Positions 49,899-60,563 of a DNA stretch of 64,000 nucleotides are shown one piece after another (position 1 is the stretch's first letter; every line of letters begins with the position of its first letter). The notes below the pieces were generated by a model. That model was not told where the DNA came from, searched no databases, and saw only the letters and a program-made list of their open reading frames with translations. The position numbers were made by a program, and so were the translations under genes. Origin of the DNA: a virus. The stretch is from positions 1 to 64,000 of IMG/VR virus record IMGVR_UViG_3300026521_000148; one strand, written 5' to 3'.

Positions 49899-51833
49899 TC
49901 ACTTTATTAAAGTTAATAGTTCTTCATAAGTGAGTATCTTTTTATTAAGTAGTTTAGCTTTATTTAGTTTACTACCGGGACTTTCACCATATACTAACAT
50001 AGTGGTATCTTTCGTAACTGAACTAACTATATCCCCACCACTATCCTCTATTATCTTTTTAACTTTAGATTTACCATTAGGGAAGCTGCCTGTTAAAACT
50101 ATCTTCTCCCCAGATAACTTACCAACTGTATTAGACTTTACTTTTAAATTAAGAATTTGTTTAAATTCACTTATCATGTTCTTATGTTTATGCATATAGT
50201 TATCAAATGCTTCAGCTATCTCCTCACCTATGCCATCCTCTTTCATAAGTTCTTCTTTAGTAAAGTTTAGTAAATCCATACCGTATTTAGCTGTTAATCT
50301 TTTAGCTAATGTCCTACCGAAGTTAGGGATACCTAAAGCAGCTATAAACCTATCTAATTCTACATCTTTACTAGTATCTATAGATTTAAGGAGTTTATCG
50401 ACTCCTTTCATAGTGAACCCACCTACTGAATAAACATCATCTGGTTGTAATTTATATATATCTACTAAAGATTTTATATAACCAGCATCTACTAATTTAT
50501 TTATAACACTAGGTCCAAGTCCATCTATATTCATATAGTCTCTACCTACAAAATGCATAATCTTTCTACCTATACGAGAAGGACATTCTTCGTTAGGACA
50601 TTTTATATAAGTATCCTCTTTAATAACACCTGTACCACACGTAGGGCAATGTTCTGGTTCTTTAACTACTTTAACTGTATCATCTCTCCTTTCTTTAAAT
50701 ACATGTGTTATCTTTGGTATGATGTCACCAGACTTTATAAGTATAATGTAATCATTTATACGTATATCCTTTCTTTTTATCTCTTGGTAATTATGTAATG
50801 TCACTCTGGATACAACTGACCCATCTATAAGCGTTGGTTCTAATATAGCTACTGGTGTTATAATGCCTGTTCTACCTACTTGTGTTTTAATATCTATGAT
50901 CTTAGTAGTCTTCTCTACTGGTTCAAATTTCATAGCTACTGACCATTTAGGATATTTAACGGTATAGCCTATTTTATCATGCATAGTAGTTTTATTTACC
51001 TTAAATACGACGCCATCTAGTCCATAATTGTAACTATCCCTCTTATTAGTATATTTACTAACAACTTCTTCTAATAGATCGGGTCTACATACAAACATTT
51101 GTTCAGCTGCTTTAAAATTAAGGTTCTTTAATATCTCATTACCTTCCTGTAATGACTCTATGTCGCTATCCTTTAACTCCCATGCTAAAAACTCTAATCC
51201 CCTTTCTTTAACAACTCTACTATCTAAACTTCTAATAGCGCCAGCTGCAGCATTTCTAGGGTTAGCTAATAATGCCTCCCCGTTATTTTCACGTTTCTTA
51301 TTAATTATATCAAACCTCTTCTTAGACATAACAACCTCACCATTTACTATAATCTTTCTCTTTAAAGATATTGTTAATGGTATATTTCCTATATATTTAG
51401 CATTACTAAAAACATCTTCACCTATGAGTCCATTACCTCTAGTTATAGCATGTTTTAACTCACCATCTTCATAAACTAAACTTAACGTTAGTCCATCATA
51501 CTTTGGTTCAGCTATTAGACATAATCTACCATATTTATCTATAATGTTTTCGTACCATTTAACAAAATCATCTATAGTAAATATATCTTGTTGTGAGTAT
51601 AATCTTATCTCATGCTCTAATTTCTTAAAACTACTAGCAACTTCATACCCGACCTTTTGAGTAGGTGATAATGGATGGATAAAATTATGTTTAAGTTCGT
51701 ACTCTTTTAACTCTTTCATAAGGTTATCATATTCATCATCACTTGCTAATAGTGTATCAGAATTATAATATGCGTCAGAAAGCTTTTTAAGGTACCTTAT
51801 AGCCTCTGAATATTCTTCCCTAGTAGATATCAT
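49899..51833 (-). CDS. ligA: NAD-dependent DNA ligase
   Basis: EPKYDG, TRGNG..GED, NPRNAAAG, DGVV.K, VGRTG, Zn finger CPTC...CPN..C, HhH repeats, BRCT. Confidence 0.95.
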   Translation of the reverse strand: MISTREEYSEAIRYLKKLSDAYYNSDTLLASDDEYDNLMKELKEYELKHNFIHPLSPTQKVGYEVASSFKKLEHEIRLYSQQDIFTIDDFVKWYENIIDKYGRLCLIAEPKYDGLTLSLVYEDGELKHAITRGNGLIGEDVFSNAKYIGNIPLTISLKRKIIVNGEVVMSKKRFDIINKKRENNGEALLANPRNAAAGAIRSLDSRVVKERGLEFLAWELKDSDIESLQEGNEILKNLNFKAAEQMFVCRPDLLEEVVSKYTNKRDSYNYGLDGVVFKVNKTTMHDKIGYTVKYPKWSVAMKFEPVEKTTKIIDIKTQVGRTGIITPVAILEPTLIDGSVVSRVTLHNYQEIKRKDIRINDYIILIKSGDIIPKITHVFKERRDDTVKVVKEPEHCPTCGTGVIKEDTYIKCPNEECPSRIGRKIMHFVGRDYMNIDGLGPSVINKLVDAGYIKSLVDIYKLQPDDVYSVGGFTMKGVDKLLKSIDTSKDVELDRFIAALGIPNFGRTLAKRLTAKYGMDLLNFTKEELMKEDGIGEEIAEAFDNYMHKHKNMISEFKQILNLKVKSNTVGKLSGEKIVLTGSFPNGKSKVKKIIEDSGGDIVSSVTKDTTMLVYGESPGSKLNKAKLLNKKILTYEELLTLIK

Positions 51834-52156
51834 CTAATCCTCCCTTCTATAGCGTCTAGTGGTCTTATAGGTTTATTTTTACCACAACCTTTTCTTAAAA
51901 TATATTTACCATTAAACATAGGTAATAAGCAAAGTTTATATCTCTCACAATACCAACCTAGCTTATTGTTATTTTTAATGTTAACAGGGTAACGTGGTTT
52001 ATTAACTGGGTTACCTACACAATCCCTTATTTCCAATGTTAAGACGTCTCTATCTAGTTTAATATTAAGTTTATCACTTTCTTTAAACAACATAGTTAAA
52101 AAAGATAAAACATCTTTAACAACGAAGCTACCGAAATCTACACTATCCATAGCCAC
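51830..52156 (-). CDS. Hypothetical early protein
   Basis: 108-aa ORF, ATGA overlap with ligA, early motif at 52176-52210. Confidence 0.6.
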   Translation of the reverse strand: MAMDSVDFGSFVVKDVLSFLTMLFKESDKLNIKLDRDVLTLEIRDCVGNPVNKPRYPVNIKNNNKLGWYCERYKLCLLPMFNGKYILRKGCGKNKPIRPLDAIEGRIR

Positions 52157-52287
52157 TCCTTCATATGTTAATAATTAGTATAACTATACTATATTAATAA
52201 TATATACTTATAATATAATCAATACCAAAAGTAATCTTTTTAAAAGAACTTTTAATCTGAACATAATAGTATAAAAAGGATGAAAAT

Positions 52288-53478
52288 ATGAGTGAAAAGA
52301 ACACAAATAGTGGTAGTAATAAATGTTTATTATATAGCGATAAACTTATAAAATTTATAGATGAACCGATGTTCTTTGGTAGCGGTAAGAACACGCAACG
52401 TTATGACGAAATGAAATACGAGTGGTTCGACAAGAATAATAATAAACAACAGGGGCATGACTGGGCATGGGATGAGATAACTAGTTCTGGTGATATCGTA
52501 GACCATGAACAGAAGCTTAGCGATGCTATGCGTTTTGTAACTAAGAAAGGATTACAGAGGGCTATCTTCTTAGATAGCGTTAACGGTCGTGGTCCAGTGT
52601 TAATGTTTGGACAAGTAACAACTATACCTGAACTAGAAGCTGTTATAACAACATGGCAGCACTTCGAAGTTAATAAACATAGTAGAACTTATACAAAACA
52701 CTTAAGAGCTTTGTATACTAACCCAGGTGAAGTGTTCGATGAGTCATTCACAGATCCTAATCTAACTAAGATAGCTAACTCTATCGCTGGTCCATATAAT
52801 GCTGCATATAAAGCTGTTATAGAGTATATCTATAAAACTCTATTCGATATAGAGTTAACAGAAGAGGATATGCGTAGAATTAAATCAGCTTTCATCATGG
52901 CTTGGGTAGAAGTTAATATTTTAGAAGGCATAAGATTCTATCCTTTCTTTAGTACAGTATGGGCTTACAACCATACACATAAATACATGAATGAACTAAC
53001 AGGTGATCTTATTTTTATCGCTAGAGATGAGAATGAACATCTTAAGTTAACACAACATGTTATCCATAAACTAAAGATGTACGAGATGGAAGGATTTAAA
53101 GATATCTTTAAGTCACTTATACCAAAAATAAAAGAAAGATATTACACAGCTCTATTAGAAGAATTTGAATGGATAGATTATCTGTTTAGTAACGGCAGTT
53201 ATGTAGGTATGAATGCTAAGATATGTAAAGCTTATGTTGTATATTTAACTATAAGAAGAATGCGTGCTATAGGCATAGAGCCTGATGTTGATAGAATAGG
53301 AGGAGTTCTTATAGAAGATAACCCTATCCCTTGGACAGAAGATTATATCGTTAATGATGATGAAGAGAAGTTACCTCAGGAAGAGAACGTTCTTAATTAT
53401 ATAGTTAATGCAGTTAACGATGATCTAACTCCTTCGAAAAGAAAAGAGTTATTAACAACATATTTAAAAAATCTATAA
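52288..53478 (+). CDS. nrdB: Ribonucleotide reductase class Ia beta subunit
   Basis: PMFFG; iron ligands LDS, FE..HSR.Y (radical Tyr), LEGIRFY, RDE..H; C-terminal QE....Y. Confidence 0.93.
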   Translation: MSEKNTNSGSNKCLLYSDKLIKFIDEPMFFGSGKNTQRYDEMKYEWFDKNNNKQQGHDWAWDEITSSGDIVDHEQKLSDAMRFVTKKGLQRAIFLDSVNGRGPVLMFGQVTTIPELEAVITTWQHFEVNKHSRTYTKHLRALYTNPGEVFDESFTDPNLTKIANSIAGPYNAAYKAVIEYIYKTLFDIELTEEDMRRIKSAFIMAWVEVNILEGIRFYPFFSTVWAYNHTHKYMNELTGDLIFIARDENEHLKLTQHVIHKLKMYEMEGFKDIFKSLIPKIKERYYTALLEEFEWIDYLFSNGSYVGMNAKICKAYVVYLTIRRMRAIGIEPDVDRIGGVLIEDNPIPWTEDYIVNDDEEKLPQEENVLNYIVNAVNDDLTPSKRKELLTTYLKNL

Positions 53479-53487
53479 GGAGAAAAG

Positions 53488-56400
53488 ATGAGTCAAATTT
53501 TAATAAAGAAACGTAGCGGCGTAATGGAACCACTTGACGATGAGAAATATCACCAGCATGTAGAGGAAGCAGTTAAAGGTATAAAGGGTGTATCAGCATC
53601 GCAAATAGAGATGGACGCAGCTATGAATATAGTCGACGGTATGCGCTCTACAGAGATACAACACGCATTGATCATGTCGGCTAGTAATAAGATACCAACT
53701 GACCCAAGATACAACAAACCGGCAGCTAGGCTACTTAACCAAGATTTAAGAAAAAGAGTTTATGGTGATTATAAACCAGATGATTTTGTTAAACATATCG
53801 TTGGTAATATCGAAAATGGTGTATATGATAAATCCTATTTAGAAGAGAACTACACTGATGATGAGTTTAAAGAGTTATTGTCTATCATAGATTATGATAA
53901 AGATGATAAGTTCACATATTCTGGTTTAAAGAAAAATACTGATGGGTATTTGATAAAGCGTTATGGAGAGATAAAAGAAACTCCTCAAGAATCATACATC
54001 ATGATAGCTATATTCGCATTTGCTAAGTATAAAGAAAAATATGATGTAGAAACAAGAGCATATTGGGTTAAAGAGTTATATACAGCATTAAGTGATTTTG
54101 AGATAAGTCTACCTACACCTATCATGGGTAAACTAAGAACAACTTTTAGAAACTTTATAAGTTGTGTACTTATTCCATTAGGAGATACGAAAAGAAGTAT
54201 AGCTAACGCATTCTCTACTATATTAACTGTTGTTGCATCTGGTGCCGGTATTGGGTTAGGCGGGTACGATATCCGTGGCCAAGGTGCTGATATAGATGAT
54301 GGTAGAATGCAACATGTTGGTACATTCCCTATTATTAAAGCCAGTGAAAAAACTACTAAAGCTTTTGTACAACCAGATAGAGACGGTAGCACTACTGTAT
54401 TCTATGCTTTTTACAATGTAGAGATCTTGAAGATGATGACATGGGGTAATGCTAAAGGTACTGATGATACAAGAGCTAGAGATCTAGACCATGCCATTAA
54501 CTTTAATAAGTTATTCTTCGAGAGATTAAGAGATGGTAAAGATATAACATTATTTTTTACAAATGATGTACCTATGCTTAAAACATGTCTTGGTGATTTT
54601 AAAACTTTTAAAAGATTTTACGAACAATATGAAAATACTGTTCCTGTAGAAAGACAAACTAAGGTACCTGCAGAGGTTATATTCGATAATTTTATAGATG
54701 AACGCGTGTTACAGTCTAGAGAGTATGCCGCTTTCATGGATGCGGTGCAAATGCATGGTGGTTATGATGTACCTATTAATCAGTTAAACCTTTGCGTTGT
54801 TGGTAGTACAGAAATATTAACAAAAGAGTATGGTAACATAGAAATAGGTAAATTAGTTAATGATATGGGAGTTACTAGTACGGAATGCTGGAATGGTGAG
54901 GAGTGGTCACAAACAGAATTATTTAAAACAAGTGACGGTCAAAAAGTTTGGACTATCATACTCAGTAACGGTGTTAAGCTGGAGGTAACGCCATACCATA
55001 AATGGTATGTTAAGAAAGATCCTAATAAGTACGATAGTCCGATAATCGAAAAAAGAACACACGAGTTACTAATAGGTGATAAACTAGAAAAATTCCTATT
55101 ACCAGATGATGTCAAATTTGGCGATAAACTGATATTAAATCCCTATACATCTGGTTTCTTCACATCTGATGGAACCGATTTAGGGCAAAATAAACGCATC
55201 CGTCTGTATAACGAAAAAACAAATTTATTAGATAAGTTATTTAAGAAGATTAGGTATAAACGTTTTTTTAAAGCTAACGAAAATAATAACTCAGTTATTG
55301 AGGTATATTATTCGTCTAACTATTTAGAGGATAAATTTTTTGTACCAACATCAGAATATAGAAAATCTGATGTATTAAAATGGTTAGCTGGTGTGTTGGA
55401 TGGCGATGGAACAGTACTTAACAATAACGGGGCTATGTCTATACAACTAGCGTCTGTTAATGAAGAGTACCTTACTAAGATACGCTTACTTTTAGTAAAT
55501 TTCGGTATCGATGCGAAAATCTCGGTTTTTAATAACGAGCGCGTTGTTCCTCTACCAACGAATAAGGGCGATGGTAGTGCGAAATTATATAAATGTAAAA
55601 AGGCATGGCGCATTACTATACCTGGTAATGATGTTAATACGTTAATAAAACACGGCATAAAACTACATAGATTAGATATAAGACACCATGACTATAATAG
55701 AGATGCTAGGAGTTTCGTGACAGTTAAAGCTATAATCGACGATGGTGGCATTAGTGATACCTATTGCGGTACAGAACCTAAAAGAAATAAATTATTGTTC
55801 AATGGCGTTTTAACAGGTAACTGTAACGAGATCGCACAGCCGACATTTCCACTTGAGTCTTTGTATAATATTAAAAGAAATATTAGATTTTATACAGAAG
55901 AAGATATGAAACACTATTATGAATTAAGACATCAGTTATTCTCGTTACAATCTTACGAAAATAAGTTTTCTTACACTATAAGAAAACAGATGACTAGACA
56001 CTTTGAGTTTGTTAATAGTGATCTCGGAGCTACTGTAGATGAAACTTTACCTTATGATTATTTCGATCTATTAGGTCTACCTGTTATGGATGAAACAGGT
56101 GTTTGTATTATTGCTGGTATAAATATAGGACATGTTAAAGTGGAAAGGCTCCCTATAGTTTCTGAATTGTTAGTTAGGGTTCTTGATGAGCTTATTGACT
56201 ATAACAAATATGAATCTTCATACATGGAGAAAGCTGCTAAGATGCGTAGGGGCATAGGTATAGGTTTTAGTGATGTATTTCACTTATTAGCTATTAATGA
56301 AGTTAAGTATAATACTAAAGATGGTATGGAGCTGATTAATGAAAGATGTGAGTTAGCTACCTACCATATGATAAAAACATCTATACAACTAGCAGAAGAT

Positions 56401-57042
56401 TTTGGTCCTTGTTTATTAAGTTACGATAATAAGTATAGTAAAGGTATATTCCCTATAGATACGTATGAAAAGAATGTTGATGAGTTGGTGTCTAGATCAC
56501 CATTAGGGTTAGATTGGGATGGTCTTAAAGTTAGAGCTAGAAAATCCGGTACTAGACATAGCACACTATTCGCTAATGCGCCATATGGTAACTCTGCGAT
56601 ACCTTCAGGTAGTACATCTGGTATAGAGCCACCTAGAAGTCTTATCTATAAGAAACATGGTTTATATAATGTTGTTCCTGATTACGAAACACACAAAGAT
56701 TTCTACACTACAGCATGGAGTGATGAATTTAACAATGCTGATTACTTTAAGTTTACAGCTGTTGTTCAGAAGTGGTGGGATCAAGCATTAAGTCTTAATG
56801 AGTATAGAAACTTATTAAAATACGTAGATGGTAAGATACCTAAATCAGAGTTAATGAGAGATATACTTATAGCTATGCATTATGGACATAAATCTATGTA
56901 CTACCTTAATGTTAAGTCTAAAGAAAAAGATAAAGACGGAGATGGTGATGATAGTCTGTATAAAGCAGATATAAAAGAAGAGATTATTATAGAAGATGAA
57001 GATGATAGCATAAGCTGTGAAAGTGGTAGCTGTTCTATTTAA
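53488..57042 (+). CDS. nrdA: Ribonucleotide reductase class Ia alpha subunit containing an intein (841 aa after splicing)
   Basis: ATP cone, ETPQ, PTP.M...RT....SC, NL[intein]CNE, TSGIEP, DQA.S.N, KS.YY, C-terminal CESGSC. Confidence 0.93.
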   Translation: MSQILIKKRSGVMEPLDDEKYHQHVEEAVKGIKGVSASQIEMDAAMNIVDGMRSTEIQHALIMSASNKIPTDPRYNKPAARLLNQDLRKRVYGDYKPDDFVKHIVGNIENGVYDKSYLEENYTDDEFKELLSIIDYDKDDKFTYSGLKKNTDGYLIKRYGEIKETPQESYIMIAIFAFAKYKEKYDVETRAYWVKELYTALSDFEISLPTPIMGKLRTTFRNFISCVLIPLGDTKRSIANAFSTILTVVASGAGIGLGGYDIRGQGADIDDGRMQHVGTFPIIKASEKTTKAFVQPDRDGSTTVFYAFYNVEILKMMTWGNAKGTDDTRARDLDHAINFNKLFFERLRDGKDITLFFTNDVPMLKTCLGDFKTFKRFYEQYENTVPVERQTKVPAEVIFDNFIDERVLQSREYAAFMDAVQMHGGYDVPINQLNLCVVGSTEILTKEYGNIEIGKLVNDMGVTSTECWNGEEWSQTELFKTSDGQKVWTIILSNGVKLEVTPYHKWYVKKDPNKYDSPIIEKRTHELLIGDKLEKFLLPDDVKFGDKLILNPYTSGFFTSDGTDLGQNKRIRLYNEKTNLLDKLFKKIRYKRFFKANENNNSVIEVYYSSNYLEDKFFVPTSEYRKSDVLKWLAGVLDGDGTVLNNNGAMSIQLASVNEEYLTKIRLLLVNFGIDAKISVFNNERVVPLPTNKGDGSAKLYKCKKAWRITIPGNDVNTLIKHGIKLHRLDIRHHDYNRDARSFVTVKAIIDDGGISDTYCGTEPKRNKLLFNGVLTGNCNEIAQPTFPLESLYNIKRNIRFYTEEDMKHYYELRHQLFSLQSYENKFSYTIRKQMTRHFEFVNSDLGATVDETLPYDYFDLLGLPVMDETGVCIIAGINIGHVKVERLPIVSELLVRVLDELIDYNKYESSYMEKAAKMRRGIGIGFSDVFHLLAINEVKYNTKDGMELINERCELATYHMIKTSIQLAEDFGPCLLSYDNKYSKGIFPIDTYEKNVDELVSRSPLGLDWDGLKVRARKSGTRHSTLFANAPYGNSAIPSGSTSGIEPPRSLIYKKHGLYNVVPDYETHKDFYTTAWSDEFNNADYFKFTAVVQKWWDQALSLNEYRNLLKYVDGKIPKSELMRDILIAMHYGHKSMYYLNVKSKEKDKDGDGDDSLYKADIKEEIIIEDEDDSISCESGSCSI
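54793..55821 (+). mobile_element. 343-aa intein with LAGLIDADG homing endonuclease
   Basis: Starts CVVGSTEILT, block B VTPYHKW, GFFTSDG and WLAGVLDGDG, ends TYC......FNGVLTGN followed by extein Cys. Confidence 0.92.
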
Positions 57043-57051
57043 AAAAACAAT

Positions 57052-57083
57052 ACATAACTATGGACCATGGTCCATAGTTATGT
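57052..57083. terminator. Bidirectional terminator (perfect palindrome)
   Basis: ACATAACTATGGACCATGGTCCATAGTTATGT between convergent operons. Confidence 0.8.
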
Positions 57084-58294
57084 TAAAATTTATATATAAA
57101 ACCAATACTAAACGCAACCATATCTTCATAAGTAGCACTATATTCGTCTATAGGTGATGTTTTAGGAACACCAAATATTTGTGTTGTTTTATTTGTTGTA
57201 TTCTTATAATAACCAAACATAGCTTTAACCATGAAATCTTTTTTAATAGTTATTGTATCATACATTTTAAATGTGTACCCTAATGCACCACTATTGTTTA
57301 TAGACAATGGGACACCAACAGTCATGTTGTCATAACCGGGAGATACATATTTACCTTCGAACCCTAACCTCATACTGCGATGAAGTATAACATCATCAAA
57401 TATCTTAGAATAACCTAATAATAGGGAATACCCGTGTGTTTCATATTTACCAAAATAACTATTACTTGGAGGTGTTTCTATAAACTTGTTTAAAAGAGTA
57501 CTATCCCCTTTTGTTTTAGACATAGAGCCTATGATATAAAATGTATCACCTATGGTTTCTAATCTATCATATACGAACTCTATGCCAACTAACTTTAGAT
57601 CTTTAGTACCTGCGTCATAGAGTATCTCTTTATATGTATAATAATTAAAATCCATACTTAATTTATCAGTTATATCACTCTTAATCAAAACAGTATATCC
57701 ATAACTACCGTTAAATGCTTTCATAGTTTTTCTGTTATCGTATGTGTATTGATTAGTATCCATAACGTAAGCTGTATCTACGAACTCTCCTTTTGATATC
57801 CTACCACCAGTTATGATTGTATCTCTATCTCTCCATGTTAACAATAGTCCTTCTAACTCAAAATCTACTAAACCATATATACCTATACCGTTAGTACTAT
57901 CATAAAGATCTGTGTTATTAAAACTACCTGTTTTAAAGTTTAATATACCTGTTGTTAAATATAGATTATTTATTAAATGTTTAGTATAATAGAAGTTCTC
58001 TACATTTATAACATCATAGTCACCTAACTGATGTTTATATTTATTATTGTAACCTGTACCGGTAACCCCTATGTAACTTATAGTACTAGCGATTTTATCT
58101 TTATCTATAAGTAATAGAGTGTTATTTCTAAGTACAGTTCTAACTAACGTACCATTATCTCTATCGCCATCATCAATCGGGCTATTATAATAACCAACTG
58201 CTTTATCCATTAACAGATATGTATTACTCTTTATGTCGTCTAGTGCATGTAGACCACATATAACTACTAATAAACCTATTATAATGTTTTTCAT
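57083..58294 (-). CDS. Putative outer-membrane beta-barrel protein
   Basis: Signal peptide; alternating Tyr/Gly-rich beta strands; C-terminal beta-signal-like FSIGFIYKF ending in Phe. Confidence 0.7.
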   Translation of the reverse strand: MKNIIIGLLVVICGLHALDDIKSNTYLLMDKAVGYYNSPIDDGDRDNGTLVRTVLRNNTLLLIDKDKIASTISYIGVTGTGYNNKYKHQLGDYDVINVENFYYTKHLINNLYLTTGILNFKTGSFNNTDLYDSTNGIGIYGLVDFELEGLLLTWRDRDTIITGGRISKGEFVDTAYVMDTNQYTYDNRKTMKAFNGSYGYTVLIKSDITDKLSMDFNYYTYKEILYDAGTKDLKLVGIEFVYDRLETIGDTFYIIGSMSKTKGDSTLLNKFIETPPSNSYFGKYETHGYSLLLGYSKIFDDVILHRSMRLGFEGKYVSPGYDNMTVGVPLSINNSGALGYTFKMYDTITIKKDFMVKAMFGYYKNTTNKTTQIFGVPKTSPIDEYSATYEDMVAFSIGFIYKF

Positions 58295-58608
58295 TTCTTA
58301 TCCTTAAAGATATAGAACGAATTCGATCCCATGTCGGTATTTTCATCATGTGTTAAACAAAAACATGCTTCTTTCATAAGTTGTTCCTTTTTAACACCAC
58401 AAACATAATAAGATAACTTATTATTATTACAAACTCGTTTCCAACTTACAACTGTTTTTATGTCTGGATCTATACATAATTCATTAAGTACGTTAGTACA
58501 CTTTTTCTTACTATACTTACAGCCTACATTTATAGTCGGCAGTATAGCAGGTTCAGCATGAAGTATGACAGATATAAACAAAACTATAGATGATATTTTC
58601 TTTATCAT
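58291..58608 (-). CDS. Exported Cys-rich small protein
   Basis: Signal peptide ending VILHA; 7 Cys; ATGA overlaps on both sides. Confidence 0.7.
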   Translation of the reverse strand: MIKKISSIVLFISVILHAEPAILPTINVGCKYSKKKCTNVLNELCIDPDIKTVVSWKRVCNNNKLSYYVCGVKKEQLMKEACFCLTHDENTDMGSNSFYIFKDKK

Positions 58609-59927
58609 ACTCGTTCCTTTTTCTTTTCTACTACTTTAAATACTAATCTAAAGATGGTGCCTTGTTTAGTTGTTTTTAACACTTCAACACTACCTCCTAT
58701 AGATTCTAACTCTTTTTTATTTATATACATACCTATACCCCTGAGTTTACTACTCTTACCATCTCTAGCTATTTCACCGTTAGCTTTTTTAGTAGTGACG
58801 CCTTGCTCAAATATTATATTAGGATCTTTTACTATATTACCATGTTTATCTTGTATGCCTATACCGTTATCTACTAATAGCATCTCTACTACATTAGTAT
58901 CTATCATTTTTAACATTATAGATAGCTTACTAGCTTTTGCTTCTTTACTATTAACTATATGGTTTTTTAATATTCTACCTGTCTTACTATTCCCTAACTC
59001 CCTACAAGGCCTAAACCTTTTAGCTATATCCCTGCCCTTAACAATAGTGACATCTATTTTCCTAACTGATAATGAATTAACAAAATTTGTTATAGTAGTT
59101 ATTATCTCGTATATACTAGCTTCTGTTTCTTGGTACTTTAACTTCTTAGTATTTGATATAGTATGTATAACTTCTTCTATTGTCTCTACTGCCATTATGC
59201 TGTTAGAGTACATATCGTCTATTTTAACTAGATCATAAGTTTTTTTATCAACAAGCTCACATTCTGCTAAACAACTAGGTTTCTCTGTTAAGTGTTTATA
59301 CATAGACGTTATTAAACTTTTTAATAGTGCTAGTGGTAAATTTATTTCATGACCTATAGATTCACCAAGATCTCTCTGTAACGCTATCTCTAACTCTTCT
59401 TCTTTAGCTTTATCCCTTATATCTAAAATCTTTATACGTTCGTATTTATATATAAAAAATGGTATAGTGAAAAAAAGAAATAGAAAAAAATAGTTAATAA
59501 TCATTAACGTATTAACAGAATCAAAATACGCTGAATCATCTACTATTATTCTATTACCTTTAAACTCTATAACTGTATCATAATCTTCATTAAACACATT
59601 ACAAAATAAAGGTTCAAACTTACTTATATCAACGGTATCTCTTCGTAAGATACCGTTGATACTTTTATAAGTCACGCCATTACTACTCTCTAATTTATCG
59701 CATGTTACTGTGTTGCATATGAGATTAAGATCCACTCCATTAAGTCTATCAACGGTTTCTAATCGTGTATAATATTTTTCTAAAGATGTCTTATATGTAC
59801 TATACATAGTTATAACATTAAATAACGTTATAGTAACTAAGACTATGAAACCTAACTTTATATATTCTTTACCTGTTTCTTTAGTTAAAACTCTATTAAG
59901 AATATCTTTATTAATATTAAACATCAT
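58605..59927 (-). CDS. Membrane sensor histidine kinase
   Basis: Two TM helices around a ~95-aa periplasmic loop; H box SIGHEINLPL, N box KNHIVNSKEA, G1 DNGIGI, F box IFEQGVTTK, G2 RGIGMYI. Confidence 0.9.
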   Translation of the reverse strand: MMFNINKDILNRVLTKETGKEYIKLGFIVLVTITLFNVITMYSTYKTSLEKYYTRLETVDRLNGVDLNLICNTVTCDKLESSNGVTYKSINGILRRDTVDISKFEPLFCNVFNEDYDTVIEFKGNRIIVDDSAYFDSVNTLMIINYFFLFLFFTIPFFIYKYERIKILDIRDKAKEEELEIALQRDLGESIGHEINLPLALLKSLITSMYKHLTEKPSCLAECELVDKKTYDLVKIDDMYSNSIMAVETIEEVIHTISNTKKLKYQETEASIYEIITTITNFVNSLSVRKIDVTIVKGRDIAKRFRPCRELGNSKTGRILKNHIVNSKEAKASKLSIMLKMIDTNVVEMLLVDNGIGIQDKHGNIVKDPNIIFEQGVTTKKANGEIARDGKSSKLRGIGMYINKKELESIGGSVEVLKTTKQGTIFRLVFKVVEKKKERV

Positions 59928-60553
59928 TAATCCTTATATAATAACTCATAGATGCGCTTATATCTTTCTGAGTTTTTATTAAGATAATAGTTACTAAAGT
60001 TTAAACCTGTAGCATCCTCAAATTTCTTAAAGAAAAAACCAACTGTGGGGTTCTTCTTATTAAGAGTGTGGGCTGTACAAAATATAAATTTAAGATCAGG
60101 ATTTCTTTTATATAACTCTAAAAATACGTCTATACCATCATACTCGACATAATCACCATTAGTTAATTTAACACCATATCCTAATGTTATATCTAATATA
60201 GCGTAGTCAACATGTTCATAATTTTCGTGTATGAACTTATGCGCTATAAAACCAGCTTTAGGTCCTAAACATGTTATTATATTAAAATCTTCATTAACGT
60301 CTTTATCATACACTCTTTTTATGTCTTTAAAATCTTCCCCATACAGATACCACATATTTTGTATATCATCTAGTATTAATATGGTCTTACCATTCTCTAC
60401 TCTAGATATACCAGGGTTACCGTATTTATCATAGTCTATACTTTCAACACCATCTTGTATATCTGTTAGTAATTTATCCAATTCTTTATTATTATATTCT
60501 TTATTATTATCATTTTTTTCTTTTTTAAAAAATCTTTTAAATATGTTTAACAT
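59927..60553 (-). CDS. Stand-alone response regulator receiver-domain protein
   Basis: TILILDD, DYAILDI (phospho-Asp), DGIDV, FIFCTAH, YYLNK; no recognisable output domain. Confidence 0.8.
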   Translation of the reverse strand: MLNIFKRFFKKEKNDNNKEYNNKELDKLLTDIQDGVESIDYDKYGNPGISRVENGKTILILDDIQNMWYLYGEDFKDIKRVYDKDVNEDFNIITCLGPKAGFIAHKFIHENYEHVDYAILDITLGYGVKLTNGDYVEYDGIDVFLELYKRNPDLKFIFCTAHTLNKKNPTVGFFFKKFEDATGLNFSNYYLNKNSERYKRIYELLYKD

Positions 60554-60563
60554 ATCGATTCTC

